Shown here piece by piece: positions 53,886 through 64,000 of a DNA stretch of 64,000 nucleotides. Source of the DNA: Chrysomallon squamiferum (lineage: Eukaryota; Animalia; Mollusca); NCBI GenBank assembly GCA_012295275.1, contig CM022670.1:25916001-25980000 (forward strand). Direction: 5' to 3'. How positions within the stretch are numbered: position 1 is the first letter of the stretch; every line of letters starts with the position of its first letter. The position numbers and the translations under genes were made by a program. The notes under the pieces were generated by a model. That model did not search any database. It was not told the origin of the DNA and saw nothing but the letters and a program-made list of their open reading frames with translations.

Positions 53886-56517
53886 TGTGTGTTTGTGATT
53901 AGAAAAATAATATTATGATTTTAACATTACAAATGAATTTGCATTAAAAGGCTTTTTACCAATTCTGATAGCTGAATTCTGATATCATTTTCTCCAAGAT
54001 GATTAAATGTGGGTAAATAGTTTATCAGATCAGTTGTTTTAACCTCTTTTTAACAAAAAAATGATGTACATAATTGTTATTATTACCTTCGTTGTGTGTA
54101 TGTAAGATAGGAAACATCAATTTTAACATCATCTTCATGAACATAGTGGCCAATATCCCAGCTGCACCACATTCCTTCATCCCAATTGAAAACCACACAG
54201 CTGATGTTCTTCACAGAATGGGGTGCATCTGAAAACAAAACCCTCAAACGGTGAGATTCAGTCTACAATCAGTTTTCTACAACTTACCCCTTTATTTTGA
54301 GCTATGCCCCTAATCATTATGATAATGCATTCTTAAACATTTTGTAGACAAGCAAATACGGAGACATGTACGCAAACAATAATGTGTTTTAAAAGAGCTC
54401 GTCTTCTAAAAATCCTTTATTACCCACTGAAACAAGTACTTACATTCCACACGAACATCCTGGACACCGACATACTTGTCAGAATCATCATCATCACTGA
54501 CAAAACAGGTGTATGGCCCAGCATCGGTAACTGCTACATTAGTCTTCTTCAGCTGTATGGTTTTAACGTCAACCTTGGTCACATGGTCCGTTATTTTGTG
54601 GTTTTTAAATTCAAAGAACATCATTGATGAGTTGTACTGGTGTTTGCTGTGGTCCTGGAGTGTGCAGTTTAAGGTCAGAGTCTCATTAACAAATATGTAC
54701 GGCTGTGATGGATAAACATCTGCATATGGAAGACGAGAACAGAAATCATTTTCTTTTTTTTTCATTCGTTATAAGTTCTACAGTTTTCACAAATGTTAAT
54801 AGTAACAGATTTCAGAGGTACGTATGCAAAAGATCTAACTTAGGTTTTTATTTATAAACTTCTTGTTCCTGTCCTAAAGTCAGATGCATAAAACATCTTA
54901 ACTAACACTGATAAAGTGTCAGGAAGTCATAATTTTATTTTGAAATATTGAAATAAAATTTTTATAATTACTTATTTTAAAAAAATCAAAAAAAAAAATC
55001 AAAAAAAAATCAAGAAACAAGTCAAACATGTATGCTCTGAATAACTTTTCTGAACTTGTGAAATTATTCCTGACTTAGTTATGATTACCAGGTTTCAGCA
55101 AAGCACACGTCTTTCAAATAACACAAGCTATGGACGTGGTCTCAAACTGAGAATATTACTTATTCCACAAATGGATCTGCAGAATTGCTTTTGAAATAAT
55201 CACAATTTTATAACAACATGTATGGAAAATAAAACAAATAGTAATGGATTATTTTACTCTGCATATCATTAAAAAAAACCTGATAAATTGGTATTTAAGG
55301 TATATTCCCTGAACTATCTGATGTTATAAACTGAATTTTTTTTTTAAATTAAAAGCCACAAATTAGATTGTGAGAGTTATTCTACACATTATCTAAGAAG
55401 TGAGATTTTAACCTCTTCTACTACCATGTTGTCATTTAAAGTGTTTAACTATGGTAGAAATATGTGCTACACATCCTGGATGGATTAGAATTTACTGACA
55501 TGATTCACTGGAAATGTAATGTGATTGCTAAGCTATTCACTATAATGGCAAATGAAATTGTGATCCTTATAGCAGTCACTAAAAGGTTAACTTAGCTTGC
55601 CTTGTACTCCAGCAGCCAGTATAATTTAATGACTTACAGAAACATTAAAATATAAACTGTGATACCAAAGTATATCTTTGATGGCAGAAAGAAAAAGATT
55701 TTAAATAAATTTTGTTTGCTATAAAGTTATTATTTTATTTCTCTTTGCTAGTATTAAAATAGGACGCAGAAATAACAATCTTGAGAGAATGAAATGAGAC
55801 CGACACTTTTTATTTAACCATGACTACATTTTATGTAAAAAAAAAAGAAAGTCATATATTACCTACTTCCAAACACCGTTGATTCGAAATACCCAACAAA
55901 CTCAAAATAACTTCAGAATTAATGGATTAAACTTAAATGGTATTTAATAAAGTTTAAATAAAAATGTAATTAATTGTTTTGTTAAAGTATCTACTCAAAA
56001 CTCTGAATGAAGCTACGACAGAAACAGAAGTCTTTCCTTTTTATGGATATCCATCTTTTGTGGATTGTTACATAATTATTATAACACATCAGAAAGAAAA
56101 ACAAAGCACACAAATCTTGAGGGTTTTTTTTAGTCACCTTTCTCCTGATCTCTCTTATCCTGTGGACTAACACAAATGTACCTATGAAACAGCCAGTTAG
56201 CTTTGATGGCATCATGGCTAGTTCTGTCATTACTAAAAAGTTGTGGTTTTTAAGTCAACACCTACTAAATGTTCCTGCAAAGTGATCCTAAAAGCCAAGC
56301 ACCCATTGTAAGCAATACAGTGCTCACTAGTAGGTGCTAAAGCCAAGACCGCTGACCACTGTCTTAGAGTTTTAGATGTATTTAACGAGTAGTTAGCATA
56401 TTTCTTTCTACTGACAAATGATATTGTTTTTATATACATACTTCCTAATCCTTCAAATGAATAGCCACCATCAGATCCAAGGCATGTTAACAATACACAC
56501 AAGATGAGCTGTATCAT
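43196..56517 (-). CDS. Receptor B: second gp130/Domeless-like class I cytokine receptor (apparent 1-bp frameshift in exon 6)
   Basis: Exons (-): 56517-56442, 54719-54444, 54228-54087, 53548-53394, 52286-52144, 52022-51868, 50752-50655, 50070-49869, 49385-49249, 48963-48807, 48296-48150, 47062-46922, 46020-45933, 44878-44812, 43986-43864, 43633-43196. Sum is 2545 nt (3n+1). Motifs: CVVFNWDEGMWCSW, GFWSNA, SSGVIWKSC, TM, YITM and YVSV. Confidence 0.85.
43864..43986 (-). CDS. Receptor B cytoplasmic exon
   Basis: 123 nt open frame between TTTCAG acceptor and GTGAGT donor; phase 0-0. Confidence 0.7.
44812..44878 (-). CDS. Receptor B juxtamembrane Box1-like exon
   Basis: CRKKKCRAKMHFNYPNHTKRNE; phase 2-0. 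Confidence 0.78.
45933..46020 (-). CDS. Receptor B transmembrane exon
   Basis: LIGISAFCVPVSILIII; phase 1-2. Confidence 0.83.
46243..46913. repeat. Minisatellite, 27-28-bp unit (ACTGCTGATGATATTTACACCTACATAC)
   Basis: More than 20 tandem copies beside the receptor B donor at 46920-46921. Confidence 0.92.
46922..47062 (-). CDS. Receptor B last FN3, second half
   Basis: YTFTNLTVGTQYRFQLEAVAAAGAGPRS; classic FN3 C-terminal half. Confidence 0.87.
47085..47223. repeat. Inverted repeat / hairpin with ~48-bp arms
   Basis: ATTTGATTTATTTTCTTTTTTCAGAAAATATTGTCATGAAAA pairs with TTTTCATGACAATATTTTCTGAAAAAAGAAAATAAATCAAAT. Confidence 0.85.
48150..48296 (-). CDS. Receptor B last FN3, first half
   Basis: PQSPPKGV...IVRW...YIIYYC; phase 1-1. 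Confidence 0.85.
48807..48963 (-). CDS. Receptor B FN3 exon
   Basis: IKWK...YKFGLS...SSGVIWKSC; phase 0-1. Confidence 0.85.
49249..49385 (-). CDS. Receptor B FN3 exon
   Basis: ...SYTVYWC...PCQ; phase 1-0. Confidence 0.85.
49869..50070 (-). CDS. Receptor B FN3 exon (GC donor)
   Basis: KNGIITGYRIEY...AQTSVGMS; ends AAG|GCAAGT. Confidence 0.82.
50655..50752 (-). CDS. Receptor B FN3 exon
   Basis: VPGSGP...NVTVFWQ; phase 1-0. Confidence 0.82.
51868..52022 (-). CDS. Receptor B CBM FN3-2, second half (WSxWS-like), with apparent extra base
   Basis: CNLLPFTHYTLSVDC...GFWSNA; 155 nt versus 154 nt in paralog A. Confidence 0.78.
52144..52286 (-). CDS. Receptor B CBM FN3-2, first half
   Basis: VQPESV...CVQISW...FRVR; phase 1-0. 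Confidence 0.8.
52692..52800. mobile_element. Degenerate MetaSINE-like relic in a receptor B intron
   Basis: CCCACACAAGGAATCACAC..TTTGATAC..AGTC..CACTGACTGGAA pattern. Confidence 0.4.
53394..53548 (-). CDS. Receptor B CBM exon with second Cys pair
   Basis: LCPDAGKDYCYW; phase 2-1. Confidence 0.85.
54087..54228 (-). CDS. Receptor B CBM exon with C-x10-C-x-W
   Basis: VKNISCVVFNWDEGMWCSW; phase 1-2. Confidence 0.87.
54444..54719 (-). CDS. Receptor B Ig-like exon
   Basis: VYPSQPYIFVNETLTLNC...TDAGPYTC...QDVRVE; aligns with the receptor A Ig exon. Confidence 0.88.
56442..56517 (-). CDS. Receptor B signal-peptide exon
   Basis: MIQLILCVLLTCLGSDGG; acceptor 56560-56561 upstream; donor A|GTATGT, phase 1. 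Confidence 0.8.
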
Positions 56518-57102
56518 TTCTAATGCCAGTATCTTCTACCTTTCTACCTAAATTCTGTCCTGAACAAAAATAAACAAAATACATTAATTATTAATAATCT
56601 GTATGGAGAAAAAGATAAACAGACACAGTACTTACAAATTAATATATATCCTGTAAGAAATGGTACAGAACAAAGTAATGAGCTAATAATTACAAATTTT
56701 GGCCATTAATTGTCGAAACTGTGACCACAACAATGTAAAAACAGCAAATTTGTCAAAAAATGCCCCATTAAAACAACAATGTTCAAAGGTTTATTGATCA
56801 TGTGGTTTATACAGTTACTAAATTCAATTTGTAATCAATGAATCAACTTTAATTATTAATCTTTGTATTCTGTAGTTATCTGACTGTCACCATTGCATAT
56901 TGTTTTTGTTTTTTTCATATCACACTGTGCTGTATTGAAAGATCCTAGGTCACAGCAAATGTTCATAGATAAGAACTTGCTTTCTTAGAGTGTTCAGCAC
57001 TGGTTATGATGAGTTAAAAACTAAAATGGCACAAATATATAACTGATATTACTTTCTATTCAGATGAAGTATTTTAATGAAAATTAATTCGGTCAGTATA
57101 TA

Positions 57103-57794
57103 CTGTATATACTTGTGTACAAGGCGACCTTATGTATAAGTCGATGTGTATTTTAAGACCAAAAATTGCGTCATTTTAGGTATTACTTGTGTATAAGTCG
57201 ACTGTAGATTCCAGGCACCGTCACTATTTTTAGACCAGTGTGACAGTGCCATGAAGGCCAACATTGTACGCCTACTGTAACATAACTTGCACGAGCTGTA
57301 ACTTGCACGAACATACCATAATAACATAAATGCATGTATTACACGAGCTATAGCCTAAATGTATCATAAATAGTATCTCTTTAATGTAATCGGTCTAACA
57401 TGGAGACCTAACTTACCGTTATATTTAGCCGTTCTATGATTTACAAAATTTGTCGGTAGTGGATAGTAATGACGACTGCAATACTATTTCACCAAATTCT
57501 TTACAATTAAACAAGTGAGTTTTGTTTATGAAATTAGGACCGATATTTAGCGCAATTTGGCAGAGAAGTCTGCATTCCTAGATCATTGCAAGACGCCGTA
57601 CTGACAGTTTTCTCGCTTTAAAATGTATTTTTATGTCATTAAACGGAAGAATATCATGTTTTACATTCATATTTAGTCAAAATGGCGACTCTTCAGCAAC
57701 AGCTACAAAAGCATTACCTATGTATAAGTCGACCCCCAAAATATTATTTTAATATAGTCTCCCAAAAATTTGACTTATACACAAGTATATACGG
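57103..57794. mobile_element. Tc1/mariner (Tc2/pogo-like) MITE
   Basis: TA|CTGTATATACTTGTGTACAAG ... CTTATACACAAGTATATACGG|TA; TA TSD; internal TGTATAAGTCGA repeats. Confidence 0.75.
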
Positions 57795-58444
57795 TAAATA
57801 TTATGGTATGTGTGAAATTAAAACACTAACAAAAATACAAAAAAAAAAAAAAATCCAACAAAAAGACAGATGCCTGCAACACTTGCAAAAAATTAAATAA
57901 AATAAAAATAAATAAAAATTCAGAAGTAAAATGCAACCTTATTAAACAGGAGGTAGGAAATAGAAATCAGAATTAGATGATCATAGAATCTTTAGCTCTA
58001 AATTTAACAGTTAGTCACTCAGAAGACTATCCTGTTTGTGTGTGCACTTTGTTCCTCTTTATCTGTGCGTCTAAAATAATGGTTGCTTTTTTGTTAGTTA
58101 AAATAAATGAATAGTGGTTTCTACGTTTTGTTCATTAAAACATATTAACAGTGGTTTCTATTTTTAATTATTTATTTATTGATTTATTGATTTATTTACT
58201 TCTCTCGTCTTTCTTTTTTTCTCCAACCTGCCATTTCTAAGTTAATTTACCTGTGATACACAACTGTTTTGCTATGTTTGTTTTACTGACAATAGGTAGG
58301 TGCATATAAATAAAATCTTGGTTGCTGTCATTCAGTAAAATTACCACTTATAAGTGGTATAAGTTTATTTCTTTCCCCATTATCGTTAGCTGGTTCGTTG
58401 TCAAGAGCAACAATTATGGCTTCTGTGAATAATATATAATTTTA

Positions 58445-58477
<33 letters not shown>

Positions 58478-59810
58478 TAATCCACATATACACATTCATA
58501 ACAGTTGTAAGACATATCAGAGTTTTTATTATGTGTGTGTGTTTCTGTCTGTGTGTAATTCTGCATGTGTTTGATGCTGTGTCTATGTGCTTTCAAACGG
58601 AAATGCACTGTTACAATTATATGTCAATCTAATAATTACCGTATGTAACAGATGGTAATCCTTTTTTTCCAATGACCCAGATGTGAATAACATCAAATAA
58701 CATGAAAACAAAAAATGTCACTACAACGATTTTGTCACAGTCGCATCCATTTCGACAAATCTTTCTATATTAGACATGTGATCAAAAATTTATGTCTGAA
58801 ATAATTAAACACAAGGCTGAGAAACAGTCAGTGTGTGCGTGACATTCATTATCCCGTTTCAGTCTTGCACTGTTTACAAGTTTCATGGATACAGCATGTG
58901 CAAAACACCACAGACAATCAATACCTGCACTGTTTCTGCTTTTAATTCACATGTAAAATAAACACTTGGATGCATGCAACAACAACAACAATAAATAAAT
59001 AAATAAATAATAAAAAGTATAAATATAAAAAATAAATAAATAAATAAATAAATAAATAAATGAGTAAGTTCTAATTTATGATAAATTTATAAGTCATGGA
59101 GAACTAGCTTTGATGTGTGAAAAGTAATCAATTATTAAGAAGTAGAACTGTGATGGATTTACCATTTGTTTTGTTATCCATTGCAACTAGCAATATTAAT
59201 TTCAAAAGAATTTATTCTTTCTTTTTTACTTTTTTTTTTGATATTAATTTCTATTATTTATATATAATTATAAAAAATTAAATGCTTTGTTAAACTGAAA
59301 GCAATAAAGGCTACAAAAACAAAAACAACAATAATAATGATAATTATAATGATGATGATGATAAATACATAAATAAATAAATAAATAATTAAATAATTTA
59401 CATAATCCTAGGACTCAGCTGTATTAATAACTTAATACCTAGTATCATTTTGTTGTCTGTGGAGTGTAGGTCTTTTGAAAAAGAACTTATACCAAGTAAT
59501 AACATTGTGAAAAACAATCATTTTTGTGGAGTAATTGTACCAGTTTTATATTTTATATTCGTTTTCGTGGCGTCACTTGAAACCGGTCTATCAATATAGT
59601 ATATACCAAGATCAGTACGATCAAATCGATAATATCATTAGGACAAAATGACAGTTGCTGTTTTACATTTATAAATGTTCATATTACTTACCAGAATTGG
59701 TGTCATTTCATTCAGATACCTCATAAGTCTTTCGTAGTTCACAAAATAATCGTAGCATATAATAAAGTGAAATATTTAAACACCAAATTTATTCGGTAAC
59801 GAATGTGTTT

Positions 59811-60354
59811 GGGGAAATCCCGTATGACGAAACTGGTAACTCCGTATTTTCGTGTTTTATCATTCAAAAAAAAAAAAAAAAAAAAACCCCAAACATGAAG
59901 TTGAAAATGTTCTCATTTCACGATTTTCATACATTTGATATTTAAATTATGCTTTCACTTTTGCATAATGACTCTCTGTAATAAAATAAAATATAAAAAT
60001 GATTGCAGCTTTTTCTATTTTTAGATATAAAGACGGAATTCCTAGTGAGATCATTCAACTTTATTTCATACCTGGGGAATTTTATTATTTTCAATTTCAC
60101 ATTCATTTTCAAAATGTTCTGTTTCTTATCCAATTCATAATTAAGTCTATTACAAGTTTATTTATTTATTTATTATTTAAAAGGAAGATTGTATAAGTTT
60201 TGTATCATATATAAATAGGTGCAGACAATCAAAATTTCTTCTTGCAACAATACTACGGGTTTTTGTTGTTGTTTTTGTTCTGTGTTATAGATGTAAGCCA
60301 CCAAAATATTTGAAATTGCTCTTTTCAAAAAAATATTCTTCATCGGGGATTTTC
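59811..60354. promoter_or_regulatory. kappaB-like sites upstream of receptor B
   Basis: GGGAAATCCC 59812-59821, GGGGAATTTT 60074-60083, GGGGATTTTC 60345-60354. Confidence 0.4.
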
Positions 60355-60417
60355 TCACAAAAAAATACCGAACTGTTGGATGAAATTTTTATTTTTTTTA
60401 TTTTTATTTTATTTATT

Positions 60418-60459
<42 letters not shown>

Positions 60460-60876
60460 TATTTATTTATTTGTTTTGAAGTTCCGAAACCAAACATTTT
60501 GTTCGATTTAAAAAAGAAAAGCATCGTTTTGAAGAAAAATCCGTGCTCTTTCAGATGATGCTATTTTTTGCCTTCTTGTTCGAATGAGGAATATGCAAGA
60601 CGGCAGAAACTAAATTTAAAAAAAATCCAATCAAACATTTGATATCAAAGAACAACATAATATAACATAGTGTGGCAGCAATAGCAGGTTTCCACTGTTC
60701 CTCTTTTTTTATCAGTATGTTTCTTAATCATATGTGTCACATCGCATAACTAATAATCACAAGATCATCAAAAATTTATTTTCTGACGTTTCTTAATACT
60801 TTATTATTTGAAATCATGTTGGCATCTCTTACTCAAGTTTTAAAGTTTTATTCCGTTATTCGAACACTTCTTCACT

Positions 60877-60918
<42 letters not shown>

Positions 60919-61280
60919 ACACAAGCCTCGTTATTTTTCTTGTAGAAATTTTTTCTTCTAAAAAAGGTGAATATTAAACCAAGTAATATTCAAGTAATTA
61001 TAACCAGTAGAAATTAAATTTGTGTTGTCTTTAATTTACTGACATTACTTTCACAAGCAGTGCAATGAAAATTTAGTTTTTATCATTTTTATTGTTAGCA
61101 GTGCAGCTAATTTCCACTGACAAATAATTTCTACGCAGTTGACATAATATATTTTAAAAGGAATTACTCTTAATTAGCATTAAGATAAAATAAATATTTG
61201 ATATAAATTGAAATGGTTTCATATGAAACAAAGGATGGATGATGATGTTATAATAATAAAAATAATTTACAAAGATATTT

Positions 61281-61335
<55 letters not shown>

Positions 61336-61410
61336 TATTCATTTAATTTTTTTTTTTCCTTAACTTTTGCTTTGAGTTTTATCATTTAGAAATTTAAATT
61401 ATAAAAAGAA

Positions 61411-61490
61411 ATTGGTGCGCAGAGAAAAAAGAACGAAATAGCAAACGAAACAAAAATCTAAGAAAAATCTCGATTACCGCCGCCAAAAAT
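61411..61490 (+). promoter_or_regulatory. Candidate SMARCA5 promoter
   Basis: Inverted CCAAT at 61411 and CCGCCGCCAAAA (E2F/YY1-like) about 70-150 bp before the ATG. Confidence 0.35.
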
Positions 61491-61558
61491 CGGATGATTG
61501 ATAAAATTTAACAAAGACATTCGTTTTGTTTGGTTTTTTCAATAATTTATTATTTGAA

Positions 61559-63655
61559 ATGTCTTCATCTGACGAAGAAAGTGTTCTGGATGAGCCAATG
61601 GACCAGTCTGTAAGATATTTAGATTAATATTCTATTTGGTGTATTCAGTCTTAGATTTGAAAGTAATAACAAGAGAGGAAATCTTGGACATGAAGTTGAA
61701 AAACATCTTCAACATGGTCACAATGAGGCTCATAGTGAAGCTGATGAGCACTGACTGAGCGACCAATTTAATTAATAAAAACAGAATCATTATTAACATG
61801 TGAATTTTCATTAGGTGTAAATAAATAACGTTTCAGTATTCCATGTGTTTTGTAGTTAGATTAAATGCACTGCAACGGTCATTTTATTTTATAAAGGGGA
61901 GGCAACCCATTTCAACATGGAAACCATACACATTTTACATTGTCATTAATTACTTTAGATATATGTTGACTTTTGTTCAAATACAGTGATTGTTAAAGTT
62001 GTTGACTTAATTACTGGAATCTGTGCCCTTCCCCATAAAGAGTTATATTAGTTAATTTAGTGAAAATAAATTAATATGAACATTTTATTGTTTTTCTATA
62101 ACATTAACAGTTACCATTGTGACGATTGTCAGTTGGAAATCTTAATAAATTAATCCCTATACTAGCATACATACTAGCATCAATAATGATGGTCCAGCAT
62201 TTTTGGTTTCATTTTATTTTACATATAAAAGTAACTAAGTGACAAAATAAAAAACCACATTTACTTTAATGTGTATTTGGCTTAAAAATGTTTGTATAAC
62301 ACCTGCACAAATTTTACTCTTTATTCTAATGATTAATGTAGACTTGTTAATTATGAAATGTGCAACAATACTATTGATATCTCAGTAGATGTGTCATTTT
62401 GTTTACAGCCTGTACCTGGACCATCAGTCTTACTTAAAGCACCACCCAGAGCTGCTTCAGAAGCTCCCCAAGAAGAAGGCAGCTATGAAGAGAAACTGGT
62501 AAGTTCTGTTAGCATAAAATAACTTATTGGTGGTAATTAATTAGACATGTGTCACAGTGTTTACATAAAGTAGGTTTCCATCAGAATTTTTGGTACTATC
62601 TTATTTTATTTTATTCAATGTCTTGGGATGAATCGTAATACTGATGTCAATGTATTTAATAAAATGAAAATTCTAACTTTGTGGAAATTTGGAAGATGCT
62701 TAAGTGCTGTTGCAAGAAAATAAATATGTGGTTTCTCAGTTCAATCATTATTTAATTAAACCAACTGCCCGTATATCAGTTTCAATTGGAAATATATTTC
62801 AGTTGATAACCGAATACATCCAGTTCTGGGTTTTATTACATTTTAGCAAAATGTGAATTTATTTTACAAAAAATATTCAATGGTTTCATATTATCCCTTT
62901 TGTGGTGATTTTTTTCCCCCATGACAGTTTTGGGCTACATTACAAGATTGTTTTTAGACTTTAAAGGAAATTCATAATAAAACCATAAAAATATTGAAGA
63001 AAATGGATTATATACAAACTTTATGAAATGATGATTTTTATTTTTTTAGGAAGCAGACAGATCAAACCGGTTTGATTTTTTGTTACAACAGACAGAGTTG
63101 TTTGCTCATTTCATGCAGACAGGTGGAGCTACTAAAGGTAATGTTCCAACAAGTCCACTGAAAATGAAGCCAGGAAGACCCAAGATAGGCAAGAAGCTGA
63201 ATGAAAAGGAAAAACTAGTAGCTGCTGGGGAGTAAGATATTTACATACCATTTCTATATTAATATTTATACATAAAGATTGTTGCAGAATAACACAGAAA
63301 AACAAATCTGCACTGGTACTTAATTATAGATTAAGTTAAAATAAAACTGGATATAACTGAAAAAAGACATCACACTTAGAATAGTGGAAAGCACGTAACT
63401 ATAACACTGAAGATATAAAATATTTCAAAACTATTTTTATTATTAGCATGAACTGGGCACCAGTGATTTTAGCTTTTAATATGTAATAATAAGTAAAAGA
63501 TTTGAAATATTTGGCACTGTTTTTATTTGTATTTCTTTATCATTTTTGCTGAAGCCATCGACATCGTCGCACTGAACAGGAGGAGGATGAGGAGCTGTTG
63601 ACAGAAGCCAGAAAGTCAACAAGCATCCTAACAAGATTTGAAGAATCTCCATCAT
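61559..63655 (+). CDS. SMARCA5: ISWI/SNF2H chromatin-remodelling ATPase, first four coding exons (gene continues beyond the window)
   Basis: Exons 61559-61609, 62409-62498, 63050-63231, 63555-63655 give ...[19 protein letters not shown]...[12 protein letters not shown]...[17 protein letters not shown]...TRFEESPS, matching the recalled SMARCA5/ISWI N-terminus. Confidence 0.93.
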
Positions 63656-64000
63656 GTAATACAGCTAATTCCAATTTCTTCTGGTCTTAATATTAGTGTA
63701 TTTAAGTATATATGTTTTAGGAAAATCAACACCAGCTAATGAACTAACACTATATACTTTTTTCTTTCTTTTTTGTGTTTTCAAAATAAAAGAATGGCTG
63801 AGCTTGAAAAAATACACCAAATAATTATTTGTTTATTAGGAAAGCCATTAAATGTAAAAAATAAATCTCGGAGCTGTTGTTTGTATGAATTCAAATGTAT
63901 TCAGCCTTTCTTCCTTATTTTCCATTGCTTTGCTTTATTACAAATAATTTATATAAATAATAAAAATAAAATTAAAATAAACACCTGTAATTGTTTTATC

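Noticed and set aside
24004-56517. Calling the receptors RPTP, Dscam, Robo or RTK, or assigning dome/IL6ST symbols
   Set aside because: No phosphatase or kinase domain is present, and the CBM cysteines and intron phases indicate cytokine receptors; orthology cannot be fixed without a phylogeny.
61716-61764. Possible C/D snoRNA in SMARCA5 intron 1 (GGTC...CTGA..GACC)
   Set aside because: Too short and lacks a canonical C box at the 5' end.

Overview
AT-rich, microsatellite-dense, intron-containing animal DNA; MetaSINE-like relics suggest a mollusc or other lophotrochozoan (inference). Manual exon assembly gives two divergent paralogous class I cytokine receptors of the gp130/Domeless 'tall' type, arranged tail-to-tail. 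Both have signal peptide, Ig, cytokine-binding module, three FN3 domains, TM, a Box1-like exon and a Tyr-motif tail. Receptor A is on + (24004/24434-36161, ~833-845 aa, reading frame intact). Receptor B is on - (56517-43196, ~847 aa) and shows an apparent 1-bp insertion in exon 6, a GC-AG intron and two introns absent from A. Both keep the vertebrate 1-2-1-0-1 intron-phase signature. Between them lies a deleted Sola2-type DNA transposon with ~620-630 bp TIRs; its decayed transposase N-terminus resembles the vertebrate ARL14EP N-terminal domain. The first four coding exons of ISWI/SMARCA5 start at 61559 (+), head-to-head with receptor B. The first ~23 kb has no recognisable coding exons: it holds SINE relics, mini/microsatellites and CpG-richer islands. 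All family assignments come from recalled motifs; no searches were run.
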